Origin: Gimesia sp.
GTDB lineage: Bacteria; Planctomycetota; Planctomycetia; Planctomycetales; Planctomycetaceae
NCBI RefSeq assembly: GCF_002706765.1
Contig: NZ_PAJV01000050.1
Length of the DNA stretch: 64,000 nt
Strand: one strand, 5' to 3'
A model generated the notes under the pieces. It did no database searches, had not been told where the DNA came from, and worked only from the letters and a program-made list of their open reading frames with translations. Shown piece by piece: positions 10,530-19,763 of this stretch (its first letter is position 1; every line of letters begins with the position of its first letter). A program made the translations under genes and the position numbers.

Positions 10530-10624
10530 GATCACACAGGCATTGGCTACGATAATAAAAGTAAGGGGAAACGTCCCAAACGAAAGAAAGCAGAATTCCT
10601 GCTGATGCAGCAGGAGGTTTGAAC

Positions 10625-11089
10625 ATGAACAAAAACAACCCAACGCAATCATCAATGGAAACCGAAACCGAGTGGCAGTCCTGCGCTCCGGGAGACCTCT
10701 GTCAGTTTGTGTCCGTCATGAAAAAACGGAAACAGATCAGCCACCTGATTACCGGTGCCGAGATCCTGACCGTCTGCCTGGTTGTCGGGCTGATCGGCTT
10801 TGTAGGGATGTATCAGATTTCCGGCTCCTCAGGCGATCAGATTGCCGGTAAAAAAATGCCAGGGGGCATTAACTGCCAGCAGGCCCTCGATTATGCGGGT
10901 GACTATGTGGCGCACCGACTCGATCAAAATACCGAGCACCAGATGCAGGTTCACCTCGCCCATTGTCCTAAATGCCAGAAAAAGGTTGATGAAATCGAAG
11001 CAAATATGCACAATAACCCGGCTCAGCTGAAAGCCGCCCGGCAGAATCAGGCTGAGTGGGAAGCGTATGTGCTGGCTTTGAATCATTGA
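10625..11089 (+). CDS. Single-pass membrane protein with zf-HC2 (ZAS, anti-sigma-type) zinc finger
   Basis: RBS GGAGG then ATG at 10625; TM 'ILTVCLVVGLIGFVGM'; 'CQQALDY...HLAHCPKC' (Cx~23HxxxCxxC). Confidence 0.75.
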   Translation: MNKNNPTQSSMETETEWQSCAPGDLCQFVSVMKKRKQISHLITGAEILTVCLVVGLIGFVGMYQISGSSGDQIAGKKMPGGINCQQALDYAGDYVAHRLDQNTEHQMQVHLAHCPKCQKKVDEIEANMHNNPAQLKAARQNQAEWEAYVLALNH

Positions 11090-11165
11090 ACTTCTGCAAA
11101 GCCTCTCTGATTGACCGTCCGGCACTTTGAACTTTGATGCCTGGTTCCCTGAAAGGATTGAGGGA

Positions 11166-11921
11166 ATGTCTGTGGAAGAAGAACAACCAGCCAGCGACGA
11201 TACCAGCTCCAACGAAGACGACTTTCTGGCCGCCTTCTCTGCCAGCAGTCAGGTCGACGAAGAACTGGACGCCGATTACGAACGGACGCTGGAAGCCATT
11301 GAAGCGGTCGAGCGCGATTTGAAACTGCCGGACGAAGCGGCCGTCGAACAAGCAACCGAACAACCGAAGACCAGCAGCACATCGGTAAAACGCGAAGCCC
11401 GCATCCCCCCGCGACAGATCATCGAAGCCGCCCTGTTTGTCGGCGGCAAACCGCTGACCACAAAAAAGCTCTGCTCCCTGCTCAACGATGAGTATTCCTC
11501 GTCCTATGTCGACGACCTGCTGGACGACATCAATCGTCAGTACAACGAAGAAGCGCGCCCCTATGAGATCCGGATGGAAGAAGGGGGCTACCGTCTCATT
11601 CTCAGGCACGACTTCGAACGCATTCGCAACCGCGTGTATGGCTTCGGCCCTAAAGAGGTCAAGCTCTCACAGGACGCACTCGAAGTTCTCGCGCTCGTCG
11701 CCTACCAGCAGCCGATCAGCAAAGAGCAGATCATCGAAGCCGGCAAAGACAAAGCCAACGGCATCCTCCGTCAGTTGCTCAGACGCGAACTGATCGCCAT
11801 CGAACGGGCAGATCAGAAAAAAGCGGACGTCAAGTACATCACCACCGCCCGCTTCCTGCAGGTCTTCGGCTTAGGCAACATCGAAGAACTGCCCTACAGC
11901 GAATCGTTGAGTCATAAGTAA
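11166..11921 (+). CDS. scpB: SMC-Scp complex subunit ScpB with acidic N-terminal extension
   Basis: 'IIEAALFVGGKPL', 'GGYRL', 'LSQDALEVLALVAYQQPIS', 'YITTARFLQVFGL...ELP'. Confidence 0.92.
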   Translation: MSVEEEQPASDDTSSNEDDFLAAFSASSQVDEELDADYERTLEAIEAVERDLKLPDEAAVEQATEQPKTSSTSVKREARIPPRQIIEAALFVGGKPLTTKKLCSLLNDEYSSSYVDDLLDDINRQYNEEARPYEIRMEEGGYRLILRHDFERIRNRVYGFGPKEVKLSQDALEVLALVAYQQPISKEQIIEAGKDKANGILRQLLRRELIAIERADQKKADVKYITTARFLQVFGLGNIEELPYSESLSHK

Positions 11922-11925
11922 ATCA

Positions 11926-12420
11926 TCAGATGCGATACTGGCCCATGACCACAATATCCTGATACTCGCCATCGATGCATCTCGCAAACCGCTTCACGCC
12001 TTCCACCTGATAACCGTGCTTTCGATACAGATTCAGCGCGACTTCGTTAGTGGAAAACACTTCCAGCTCCAGTCGTTTCAATCCCTGTTCCCAGGCATGC
12101 GCCATCGCGCGTTCCAGCAGTTGATTACCAATTCCCTGTCCCCGGCATTCCGGCAAGACTCCCATGCCCAGCCGCGCTACATGCCTGACAGTTTCGCGCG
12201 CGTGGGGAATGAGGTCGGCCCAGCCCACGATTCTCTGCTCAACCAATGCCACATATTGCGCATGGTTCTGTTCGATGTTATGCCTGACATAGGCTTCCAT
12301 GTTCTCCAGTGAAGGAGGCTCCACGGTCAGCAGGTATTTCCTCTCAGCCGCCACGCGAGTTAATGCTTCACGGAATCCGGCAAGGTCATCCAGTTCGATT
12401 TGTCTGACTCGGAAATTCAT
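11926..12420 (-). CDS. GNAT acetyltransferase (YhhY-like)
   Basis: 'LGMGVLPECRGQGIG', 'LELEVFSTNEVALNLYRKHGY'. Confidence 0.92.
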   Translation of the reverse strand: MNFRVRQIELDDLAGFREALTRVAAERKYLLTVEPPSLENMEAYVRHNIEQNHAQYVALVEQRIVGWADLIPHARETVRHVARLGMGVLPECRGQGIGNQLLERAMAHAWEQGLKRLELEVFSTNEVALNLYRKHGYQVEGVKRFARCIDGEYQDIVVMGQYRI

Positions 12421-12469
12421 CGTTCTGACTCATACTGCGAATTAGAATATTGAGACCAGATTTCGATAT

Positions 12470-12498
12470 ATTATACGAAACCGGTTCCATCCTGTCAG
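12470..12498 (-). promoter_or_regulatory. Putative sigma70 promoter of the GNAT gene
   Basis: Minus strand CTGACA (12498-12493) - 17 nt - TATAAT (12475-12470). Confidence 0.6.
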
Positions 12499-12572
12499 AC
12501 ACACTGCAGTGAGAACAGGTTCTCTATCCGTTGAACAGGTCATGTCGTTCGTTCCTGCTCCGGGAGTGTAGA

Positions 12573-12809
12573 TCACTCTGATCTTCGCAAAACCCAGAGC
12601 CGCTGCCCGGCCCAGACGGCAACCCCCAGCCAGGCAAACGACCACAGCCCCAGTGAACGGTACATCGCCATCCGTCCTTCCATGCCACCCGCATTGCGCG
12701 GCAGAAATATTTCGCCTACAACCAGACTCGCAAAGCCGAGCAGGGCACACAGAGAAAATACAATGCAGAAGACCCAATACTGTGTACGACTGATGGGATA
12801 CTGTTTCAT
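12573..12809 (-). CDS. Small two-TM hypothetical membrane protein
   Basis: 78 aa with two hydrophobic segments; AGAGAG RBS-like tract upstream. Confidence 0.65.
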   Translation of the reverse strand: MKQYPISRTQYWVFCIVFSLCALLGFASLVVGEIFLPRNAGGMEGRMAMYRSLGLWSFAWLGVAVWAGQRLWVLRRSE

Positions 12810-12869
12810 AACTCTCTCTCTTGAAAATACTAAAGGATGGAGATGGTATTGCTGCTGAATAAATTCGCG

Positions 12870-13319
12870 TCATTCCAGCAGTAACTCCAGCCATTGTTTT
12901 CCGCCACAATGAATTCGTTTTTTGACTCCCCGCTCCAGATTAGATCGAATTTCCAGCGTTTCAGTTCGAACCAATTGTGTCTGAGGATCTGCCGAGTCCA
13001 CACGTTCGCCGACTTCCAGTTTCAACGCGGCACGAAATCGCTTCTGTTTCAAAGGCTTCAGTTTTCCCGTTAGTTTGACCCCAAATTCCAGCGGAGTCTC
13101 ACCCTGGGCCGCAGGTAGTTCGCCACCAGCCAAATAATGAATCTCTTCATTGTCTGCAAACAGGATCGTAAATTCCGCCAGCCCTTTGGGCCGTTCGTTT
13201 TGCTCATACAGTCGCACGCTGAGCGACGACTTGTCTGTGTCGCTCAGTGGCTCACAGGTCTTTGCAACACGCGATCCACTTAACAACAGTAAAACGCAGC
13301 AGGTAATTCGTATCAGCAT
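12870..13319 (-). CDS. Hypothetical exported protein
   Basis: Signal peptide-like N-terminus; AAGGAGA RBS upstream; the beta-rich body resembles short secretin-C-terminal-like segments (weak). Confidence 0.7.
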   Translation of the reverse strand: MLIRITCCVLLLLSGSRVAKTCEPLSDTDKSSLSVRLYEQNERPKGLAEFTILFADNEEIHYLAGGELPAAQGETPLEFGVKLTGKLKPLKQKRFRAALKLEVGERVDSADPQTQLVRTETLEIRSNLERGVKKRIHCGGKQWLELLLE

Positions 13320-13338
13320 GGGATCTCCTTTTCCTCAA

Positions 13339-13608
13339 TTAACCGCCGTGATGTTTGATGACTGCATTAATCCCCCGCACCTGGTCGCGCCAGGGAATCC
13401 AGTGATACGCATTGTCTCTGGTAAAATACGAGCGGATGATCTCAGGTGTCACATCATCTGCCAGCGCGCTCGTCATTCTTCGTACGCGAATCAGTTCGTA
13501 ACCAATCACCAGCAGAACGATCACGCCGCCGCCACTGAATCCGACCAGACACCCTATGATCAGAAACGGCCAGTTAATTAACGCGGGATACAGATCGATT
13601 TTTTTCAC
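13339..13608 (-). CDS. Small hypothetical membrane protein
   Basis: GTG start, 89 aa, hydrophobic N-terminal half. Confidence 0.55.
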   Translation of the reverse strand: MKKIDLYPALINWPFLIIGCLVGFSGGGVIVLLVIGYELIRVRRMTSALADDVTPEIIRSYFTRDNAYHWIPWRDQVRGINAVIKHHGG

Positions 13609-13656
13609 TGATCACTCTCATTCAGGATTCGCGAGCTTCTTTTAAAATCCATTTTA

Positions 13657-13830
13657 CTAGCGCACAACACAGTCTGGCAAATGCGCTTTCATATCTTTCA
13701 GCACTTGAGCATCAAGAACGGTAGCATCAATTCGTAGTTCTTCTAACTGCCGGAAATCAACCTGCGCTTGCAGTTCCAGATATGTTAGCTCTGCTCGTGA
13801 TACTATGAACTTCCATCTTTGAAAAAACAT
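13657..13830 (-). pseudogene. 57-aa ORF resembling the C-terminal end of a leucine-rich-repeat protein (remnant or small protein)
   Basis: The ATG overlaps the upstream stop (TAATG at 13832-13828). It ends 'LEELRIDATVLDAQVLKDMKAHLPDCVVR', like planctomycete LRR C-caps. Confidence 0.4.
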
Positions 13831-14834
13831 TAAATATAAACGGCATGACCCAGGTAACCCATCAGAATCAACTGAAAGTAGTACCACTCTTCCAGATTCC
13901 CGTCGACCGGTTCAGCGATTTCTAATATACCCGGTTCCAGTTCCCGGATCGCAGGTGTCAGCTTTTCTTCCGCATACTGCCAGCGCAGCTTCACCAGTTC
14001 AGCGGCTTTTTTTGATTTCGACAGATAAACGGCCTTCGCTGTCTGATCCTGTTGCGGATCGAACCAGAACACAAAGCCGATGGCTCCTTCGTCAGGAAGC
14101 ACACTCACGGCACCTTCATCAAATGGGGATGTCGGATCTGTTTCACTGAACTTTAAACTGAAATGACGCAAACCCCACACAGGAGCCGTCGCGTTCAGGA
14201 ATTTCCATTCCTTCAGCGTGTCGGGAAAGGCCCGTTTCGGCTGCTCTCCCTGCATTCGTTTCAGCATCTCTTCCAGATAACTCTGATTTGTGGCGCATAA
14301 CAGCATACCTGCGCGAGGCTGGGCCAGATACAGTGTCCAGTCGTCGCGTTCCCAACGGTCCGTGAAGACGGCGATGTTTAACTTTCCTAGCTGAATGGTT
14401 TTTTCTGCTTTCTGCAGACAGACCTTAAACGCATCCCCTACGCTCTGATGTGAATCCTTTTCAAATTGAAGTACCTGACATCCCTCATAAGGCAGTAATC
14501 CCAAACCTTCCGGAACCGTGAACCGACGACTGCCTTCTACTGCCAATGTGATTTTCTGCCCCTGCAGTAACTCGTACAGGGATTCACCCTGAAACTGCAA
14601 CGTAAGAAACAAGGGCAGAGCGCGGGTCGAATCCAGAAATGAATGGGTCGGAAAAGTTGCTTTCTTAAATGCAAACGGTCCCTGTGACACTATCAGAGAT
14701 TCACTGTCGGGCGGCAGCCATTCTACAATCTCCCTGACAGCGACCGATATTCCAGGTTTCGGCACTGCCAGCTCACGTGCGGGACCAGCCCCCATCAGTA
14801 GAAAAGAAAATATCAAACACATTCGGACCAGCAT
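13830..14834 (-). CDS. Hypothetical exported protein
   Basis: 334 aa ORF with signal peptide 'MLVRMCLIFSFLLMGAGPA' and GGGAG RBS. Confidence 0.8.
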   Translation of the reverse strand: MLVRMCLIFSFLLMGAGPARELAVPKPGISVAVREIVEWLPPDSESLIVSQGPFAFKKATFPTHSFLDSTRALPLFLTLQFQGESLYELLQGQKITLAVEGSRRFTVPEGLGLLPYEGCQVLQFEKDSHQSVGDAFKVCLQKAEKTIQLGKLNIAVFTDRWERDDWTLYLAQPRAGMLLCATNQSYLEEMLKRMQGEQPKRAFPDTLKEWKFLNATAPVWGLRHFSLKFSETDPTSPFDEGAVSVLPDEGAIGFVFWFDPQQDQTAKAVYLSKSKKAAELVKLRWQYAEEKLTPAIRELEPGILEIAEPVDGNLEEWYYFQLILMGYLGHAVYI

Positions 14835-14883
14835 CAGAAACTCCCTTCAATGCAGGTGGGTTACCAGAAGCCGCCTCATTCCT

Positions 14884-15324
14884 TCAATCATCCTGTAACA
14901 GCACCGGACACAAATCATCATAGATCGTTGGCGGCACCAGGCCGTCCCGGATCGAAGCCAGGTCTGCACCCGCAAACCAGGTTATCTTAAACGCCGCACC
15001 GTCCGACTCAATCCCTTCTGCCGGCAAGTCAGCTTTTACAGCATCAGAAATACGGCACAGGTAATGATACATGATTTCATGTTCGGGAACCCCATTAAAT
15101 TCGAAAAGGGATTCATGAAAATTGAGGAACTCGAGAGTCTGACCAGTCACACCCAGTTCTTCAAACAGTTCCCGCGCAGCAGCTTCCTGCAGCGTTTCCC
15201 TGAATTCAACGCCCCCGCCTACGGGAATATAAAACTGAAATTTCCTGATGGGATCATAGCCCTCAGAGAGCAACACCTGACCCCCGTGGATCAATGATAT
15301 AATGACTTTGTTGCGAATCTGCAT
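14884..15324 (-). CDS. NUDIX hydrolase
   Basis: Nudix box 'GGGVEFRETLQEAAARELFEELG'; ATG at 15324 follows GGGAGAG. Confidence 0.92.
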   Translation of the reverse strand: MQIRNKVIISLIHGGQVLLSEGYDPIRKFQFYIPVGGGVEFRETLQEAAARELFEELGVTGQTLEFLNFHESLFEFNGVPEHEIMYHYLCRISDAVKADLPAEGIESDGAAFKITWFAGADLASIRDGLVPPTIYDDLCPVLLQDD

Positions 15325-15815
15325 TTTTCTCTCCCTCATTCTCCCTTTCACAATCATCTGCATAAACGGCACTGTGAAAATCGGGTCACCTCAACTGCTC
15401 AAACTGGACTTGACCCCGCCGCGCCGCTGGCGATAAGCACCTAACTGAGTCGCGCGCGTGCCCAGTTTACAGTGCACCAAAACACACGCCACTTGTTCTG
15501 ACTCTTCACTACAAAAGAGCCTGTTTTTTCCCGATTTGCACTGCCTGTAACCACACCTGTTCGTGATGTGAGCCTGCGGGTCGCCACACATCGCAAAGCT
15601 TCGCCCCGGCACCGCCCCGACGTCGCAGCAGATCGGTCCCCTGTCAACCCGTATCGCCACATTTTATTGTTCATCCCCCTTGACGCCCCCATGCCCTTCC
15701 ACAAAATAATCCACCATGAATAACACAACATGCAACGAAACCACTGACCACAAACCACAGATCGAACACAAGAATGAACTCCACAACAATAACAAACTTT
15801 CAATATCCTCTCCCC

Positions 15816-17402
15816 CGTGCGGGTGCCATCTATCGGCTTGCCCGACAGTGCTTTGAGTAACCATCCCAACTCAGAAAAACAGGGTGGGCCCGAATATAAT
15901 TCGGGCCGAGCAAAGCGAGCAGGAAACTGTCAGAGTAAGCGATCAATGCAGTTACAGAAATCCAACCCCGATAGAGCGGGCACGTCGGTTCGTCCCTTAT
16001 TGCCACTGGTATTGAAATGATTTTCATGCTTCGAACGTTTTCCCAGGCAGTTTCCTGTTGTCTGCGACAACCCCGAATTACATTCGGGGCCACCCATGAA
16101 TCTGATTTCTCACCTGTCCGATTTTTTCGTGCTTTTTATAGTTCAATAAACAATCACATTGATCCCTTCCGATGTCCCACCAACTTCCACGAACACGCCC
16201 GGACAAGCCAGCCATGGCACCCGGAAACCTCTATCTTATTTGCAATGTCTCCTGCAAATGTCCCACAAAATCAGAAGAGCGCGTGCCAATTGTCTGCTTG
16301 CCCGACAGTGCTGGTATTAACGTCCCCATGCATGTTTCCCAAAGCATTATAAAAGAAACGCCCCAGTCCCCGCAGATGAAAATCCCGAACCACTCGAAGT
16401 TTAAAAAGGGTAACCCCGAATGCAATTCGGGGTGAGCGCAGCGAACAGGAGGTCGCAGCTGCCATTCGGAAACAGGCTTTCCACACCTGTTCGGCACCGT
16501 CGGACAAGCCGATCGGCGGCACACGGACGTCGTATACTGTAAGGCATATTACAATTCCTTACGAGGTTTCCGCCTTACACGCTGCTGGTCCAATTCAAGG
16601 GAAACCTTCCAAAGCGGGTAGCCTCGAATGCAATTCGAGGTTGTCGCAGACAACAGGAAACTGACAGAGTAATCTCACAATCCAGCGTCACACATCCGAC
16701 CTGCCTTGCCGTAGAGGCTGTCCCATGTGTCAGCCCGCCTGGCGAAGAATGATCTGGATTTGTATTCGGAAGGGGTCCATTAAAAACGTTCCCAGCAGGC
16801 CTATGCAAAGTCAAACGCCCCCCCGGACTCTTCGCTTGTACTGACAGTTTCCTGCTCGCTACGCTCGGCCCGGATGTCTATCCGGGCCCACCCATTGTTT
16901 TCATTTCTATGTGGTTTCGTGGTAGCACTTAACAGGCAAAGCGGAGCGAGCAGGAGGTCGCAGCTGCCACATACCATCCAGAATAGGGATTCCTATACCC
17001 ATTCGGCACGGCCGGACAAGCCGGTCCGTGGCACACGAAAACCTCTCTATTAGTTGCAATATCCCCTATCGGATCAGACGTGCGGGTGCCACCGTCGGCT
17101 TGCCCGACGGTGCTGCTACAAACCCCGAGAAACCTCCCGAAGCGGGTTGCCCCGAACCTGTTTTTGGTTCCTGGAACCTTTATTTTAATCAAGAAATATT
17201 TCAACTCAATTAATTTAGTGGGTGACACCGAATGAAATTCGGTGTTGTCAGAGACAACAAGAGGTTGCAGTGTAAACGTTGCCCGTTGATCGGTTTTGCC
17301 TTACTCTGCCTGGAGCAGGTAGGAAACACGGCTCTGTTTTGAGCGCGTGAGCTGTGACATCCTGCTCGCTGCGCTCGGCCCGAATTTTATTCGGGCTCAC
17401 CC
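15816..17402. repeat. Mosaic cluster of two REP-like palindromic repeat families (BIME/REPIN-like): 8 family-A and 6 family-B copies
   Basis: Family A (GGGT-NN-[CCCGAAT-N3-ATTCGGG]-[second hairpin]-CAGGA..): 15882-15933+, 16048-16095-, 16408-16459+, 16616-16667+, 16841-16893-, 16941-16964+ (partial), 17220-17270+, 17351-17402-. Family B ((G/C)GTGCC-stem..CGG-CTTG(C/T)-CCG..GTGC): 15816-15852+, 16192-16223-, 16279-16312+, 16493-16525-, 17004-17037-, 17079-17114+. Confidence 0.88.
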
Positions 17403-17448
17403 GAGGTTTCAGGAGATTCGTTCCGGTTAAAACTCTTGTGAGTTTGAT

Positions 17449-18306
17449 TCACACACCGAACACTTCTTCCAGCGCAGCTCGCATCACTTTGGGATCGGGG
17501 TCCACGCCGGTCCAGAGTTGAAAGCCGATCACGCCCTGGTTGACCAGCATGCCCAGGCCGTCGAGTGTGGGGCAGCCGATTTTCGCCGCTTCGCGGAGCA
17601 GATGGGTCTCCGGGGGATTGGGGATCACGTCCGAGACGATCATGGTCGGTTTGAGTGAACTGAAATCGAGTGGGAAGACTGCGTCTACATCGGGATACAG
17701 GCCGATTGAGGTGGCGTTGATTACGACATCCACGTCATCAGCCAGTGTATAATCGCCGTCCCATAATTCGAAGCGGGTGCGCACTTCGGTTTTTTCATCG
17801 AGCAGCTTCACCAGCGCTGCGCCGCGCTCGGCACTGCGATTCACGATGGTGATTTCGGCTGCTCCCGCGAGCGCCGTCTCCACGCCAATCGCCCGGGCCG
17901 CGCCGCCGGCTCCGAACATGACGATGTTCTTGCCCTGCGGATCGGTCACTTCTTTTAATGACTGCACGAAGCCTTTGCCATCCGTATTCTCTCCCAGCAG
18001 ATGATCGTCCTGGCGGACAATACAGTTGACGGCCCCCATCATCGCCGCGGCATCACTTATGCCATCCAGGTATTGGATGACCTCCACTTTATGGGGAATC
18101 GTCAGATTCGCGCCGCGGAAGCCCATCGCCCATAACCCTTCGACCGCCTGTTCCAGATTTTCAGGAGCAACCTCAATCGTCAGATACCGCCACTCCAGGC
18201 CACAATCTTTAAAAGCGGCCTCGATCATGCACTGGGTCGGGTTCTCTGCCACCGGCTGCCCGAAAACGCACGTCAGTTCCTGTTTGAAATTGAACGGCTT
18301 CGTCAT
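17449..18306 (-). CDS. aroE: Shikimate dehydrogenase
   Basis: 'GANLTIPHK', 'GAVNC', 'GENTDGKG', 'GAGGAARA', 'INATSIGL', 'DGLGMLVNQG'; likely ATG at 18306. Confidence 0.93.
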   Translation of the reverse strand: MTKPFNFKQELTCVFGQPVAENPTQCMIEAAFKDCGLEWRYLTIEVAPENLEQAVEGLWAMGFRGANLTIPHKVEVIQYLDGISDAAAMMGAVNCIVRQDDHLLGENTDGKGFVQSLKEVTDPQGKNIVMFGAGGAARAIGVETALAGAAEITIVNRSAERGAALVKLLDEKTEVRTRFELWDGDYTLADDVDVVINATSIGLYPDVDAVFPLDFSSLKPTMIVSDVIPNPPETHLLREAAKIGCPTLDGLGMLVNQGVIGFQLWTGVDPDPKVMRAALEEVFGV

Positions 18307-18542
18307 GATGTTACAAGTTCCCCTGTTTTGTTGAGTATGAAATCGCTGGCGTTGAACCACGGTGGGCTGATCAGAAAAGGCGCGACTCAGAGAATCCATC
18401 ATACGCGGGCTCGTTTCAAGTCACAACTTTACCCAATCCCCGGATTCCCTGATTGCAGCGGGTCCGCATCCGGCGTAAACTGAAAACTTGAGTAGCGACT
18501 CTCTGAATGACCCCCTGAAACCTGTCTGAAAGATTTCGACGT

Positions 18543-19742
18543 TTGAAAAAGCGATTGTTCATAACGCTGGCAGTGCTTCTGATTCTGTTGCCTGCCTGCC
18601 TCTATTTTTTCGTGGGCTGGAATGTGCGATCGAATGCGCAGGTCGCCCTCAGTCGTGCGCAGCGGTTTCTGGCAGAAGGAAAGCCGGATGCTGCCCTTGA
18701 AGAAATCAGCTGGCTGCGCTGGTTCGAACCCGAACAGCGCCGCGCACAACTTCTGGCCGGGGAATGCTATTTCGTGAAGCGGGATTATCCGGCGGCCATC
18801 AATTTGCTTTCTCAGATACAGGAAACGTCTCCCGATTACCGCAGGGCCTCGTTTGCGCTGGCGCGCAGCTATGAGAATATTGCCAGGCTGACTGAAGCCG
18901 AACGGGTTTTGAAAGCGCACCTGGCTGCCTTTCCCGACTCGCAGGAAGCGGTCACACAGCTGCAGTGGATTTACTTCAATCAGTTTCGTCTGCGGGAGCT
19001 GGAAGCACTGCTGGAGCGCAGCCTGGATACCTGTCCGAACCAGTTCCTGCTGCTGTATCATCTGCTGAATACCGAACATAAAAACCCGATCGCGCAGGAA
19101 TCAATCAAACTGCTGAACCGCATCAACGAGAAAGTACCGGGGCAACCTTCGATCATGCGGGCCCTCGGTTACTGTCACTGGAAACTGGGAGAGATCGACC
19201 AGGCAAAAGCCTATCTCGTAGCGGCCCGACAGACGGAGCCTCAAAACCGGGAAACGCTGCTGGTCCTATTGGAATTTTATCTCGAGCTGGGAGAACAGGC
19301 AGCGGTCCAGCAGCTGCTGACCGATCTGAAGAACCAGCCAGAGGATTTCCAGGAACAGTTGCGGCACGATGATCGCTGGCTGTGGCTGCTCAGTCAGCAG
19401 GAGCAACAGCAGGGGAACACATCTGCCGCCCTGGAATTCATCCGGGAAGCTTCGCGTCTGCAGCCGGGAGAGATCCGGTATCTGCAGCAGGAAGCCATGC
19501 TCCTGCAGGCGCTGGGCAAAAAAGCGGAGGCGGCGGAGAAGTTTCAGCGCGCCAAACAGCTGGCTGCCAGTCATCGGGAGCTGTATAAAATTGTCTCCAG
19601 CGGTGCACTGGAATCGCCGGACGTACAACTGGCAGAGGAAATCGCCGGTCACCTGGAAATGCTGGGCCAGCAGAAACAGGCGGCTGCCTGGCGAAAGCTG
19701 GTGTTTCAGTTTCAGAGCCGATCACCAGTGCCCCGGCGTTGA
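18543..19742 (+). CDS. Tetratricopeptide-repeat protein with N-terminal membrane anchor
   Basis: TM N-terminus followed by multiple TPR-like helical repeats (e.g. 'IMRALGYCHWKLGEIDQAKAYL'). Confidence 0.85.
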   Translation: MKKRLFITLAVLLILLPACLYFFVGWNVRSNAQVALSRAQRFLAEGKPDAALEEISWLRWFEPEQRRAQLLAGECYFVKRDYPAAINLLSQIQETSPDYRRASFALARSYENIARLTEAERVLKAHLAAFPDSQEAVTQLQWIYFNQFRLRELEALLERSLDTCPNQFLLLYHLLNTEHKNPIAQESIKLLNRINEKVPGQPSIMRALGYCHWKLGEIDQAKAYLVAARQTEPQNRETLLVLLEFYLELGEQAAVQQLLTDLKNQPEDFQEQLRHDDRWLWLLSQQEQQQGNTSAALEFIREASRLQPGEIRYLQQEAMLLQALGKKAEAAEKFQRAKQLAASHRELYKIVSSGALESPDVQLAEEIAGHLEMLGQQKQAAAWRKLVFQFQSRSPVPRR

Positions 19743-19763
19743 CGCCTGCCGTTCCGCTTCTGC

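Noticed and set aside
11926-15324. Integron cassette array
   Set aside because: No intI gene; several intergenic gaps (19-60 bp, or overlapping) are too short, and no RYYYAAC...GTTRRRY attC structures were seen.
15391-17228. ORFs listed in the repeat region (e.g. 15391-15660, 15441-15869, 16017-16352, 16929-17228), including a possible RAYT/transposase remnant
   Set aside because: They are short, overlap the palindromes, show no HUH/Y1 or DDE motifs in the frames checked, and have no plausible RBS.
15816-17402. CRISPR array
   Set aside because: The repeats are of two families, occur in both orientations, are degenerate and irregularly spaced, and there are no cas genes in the window.
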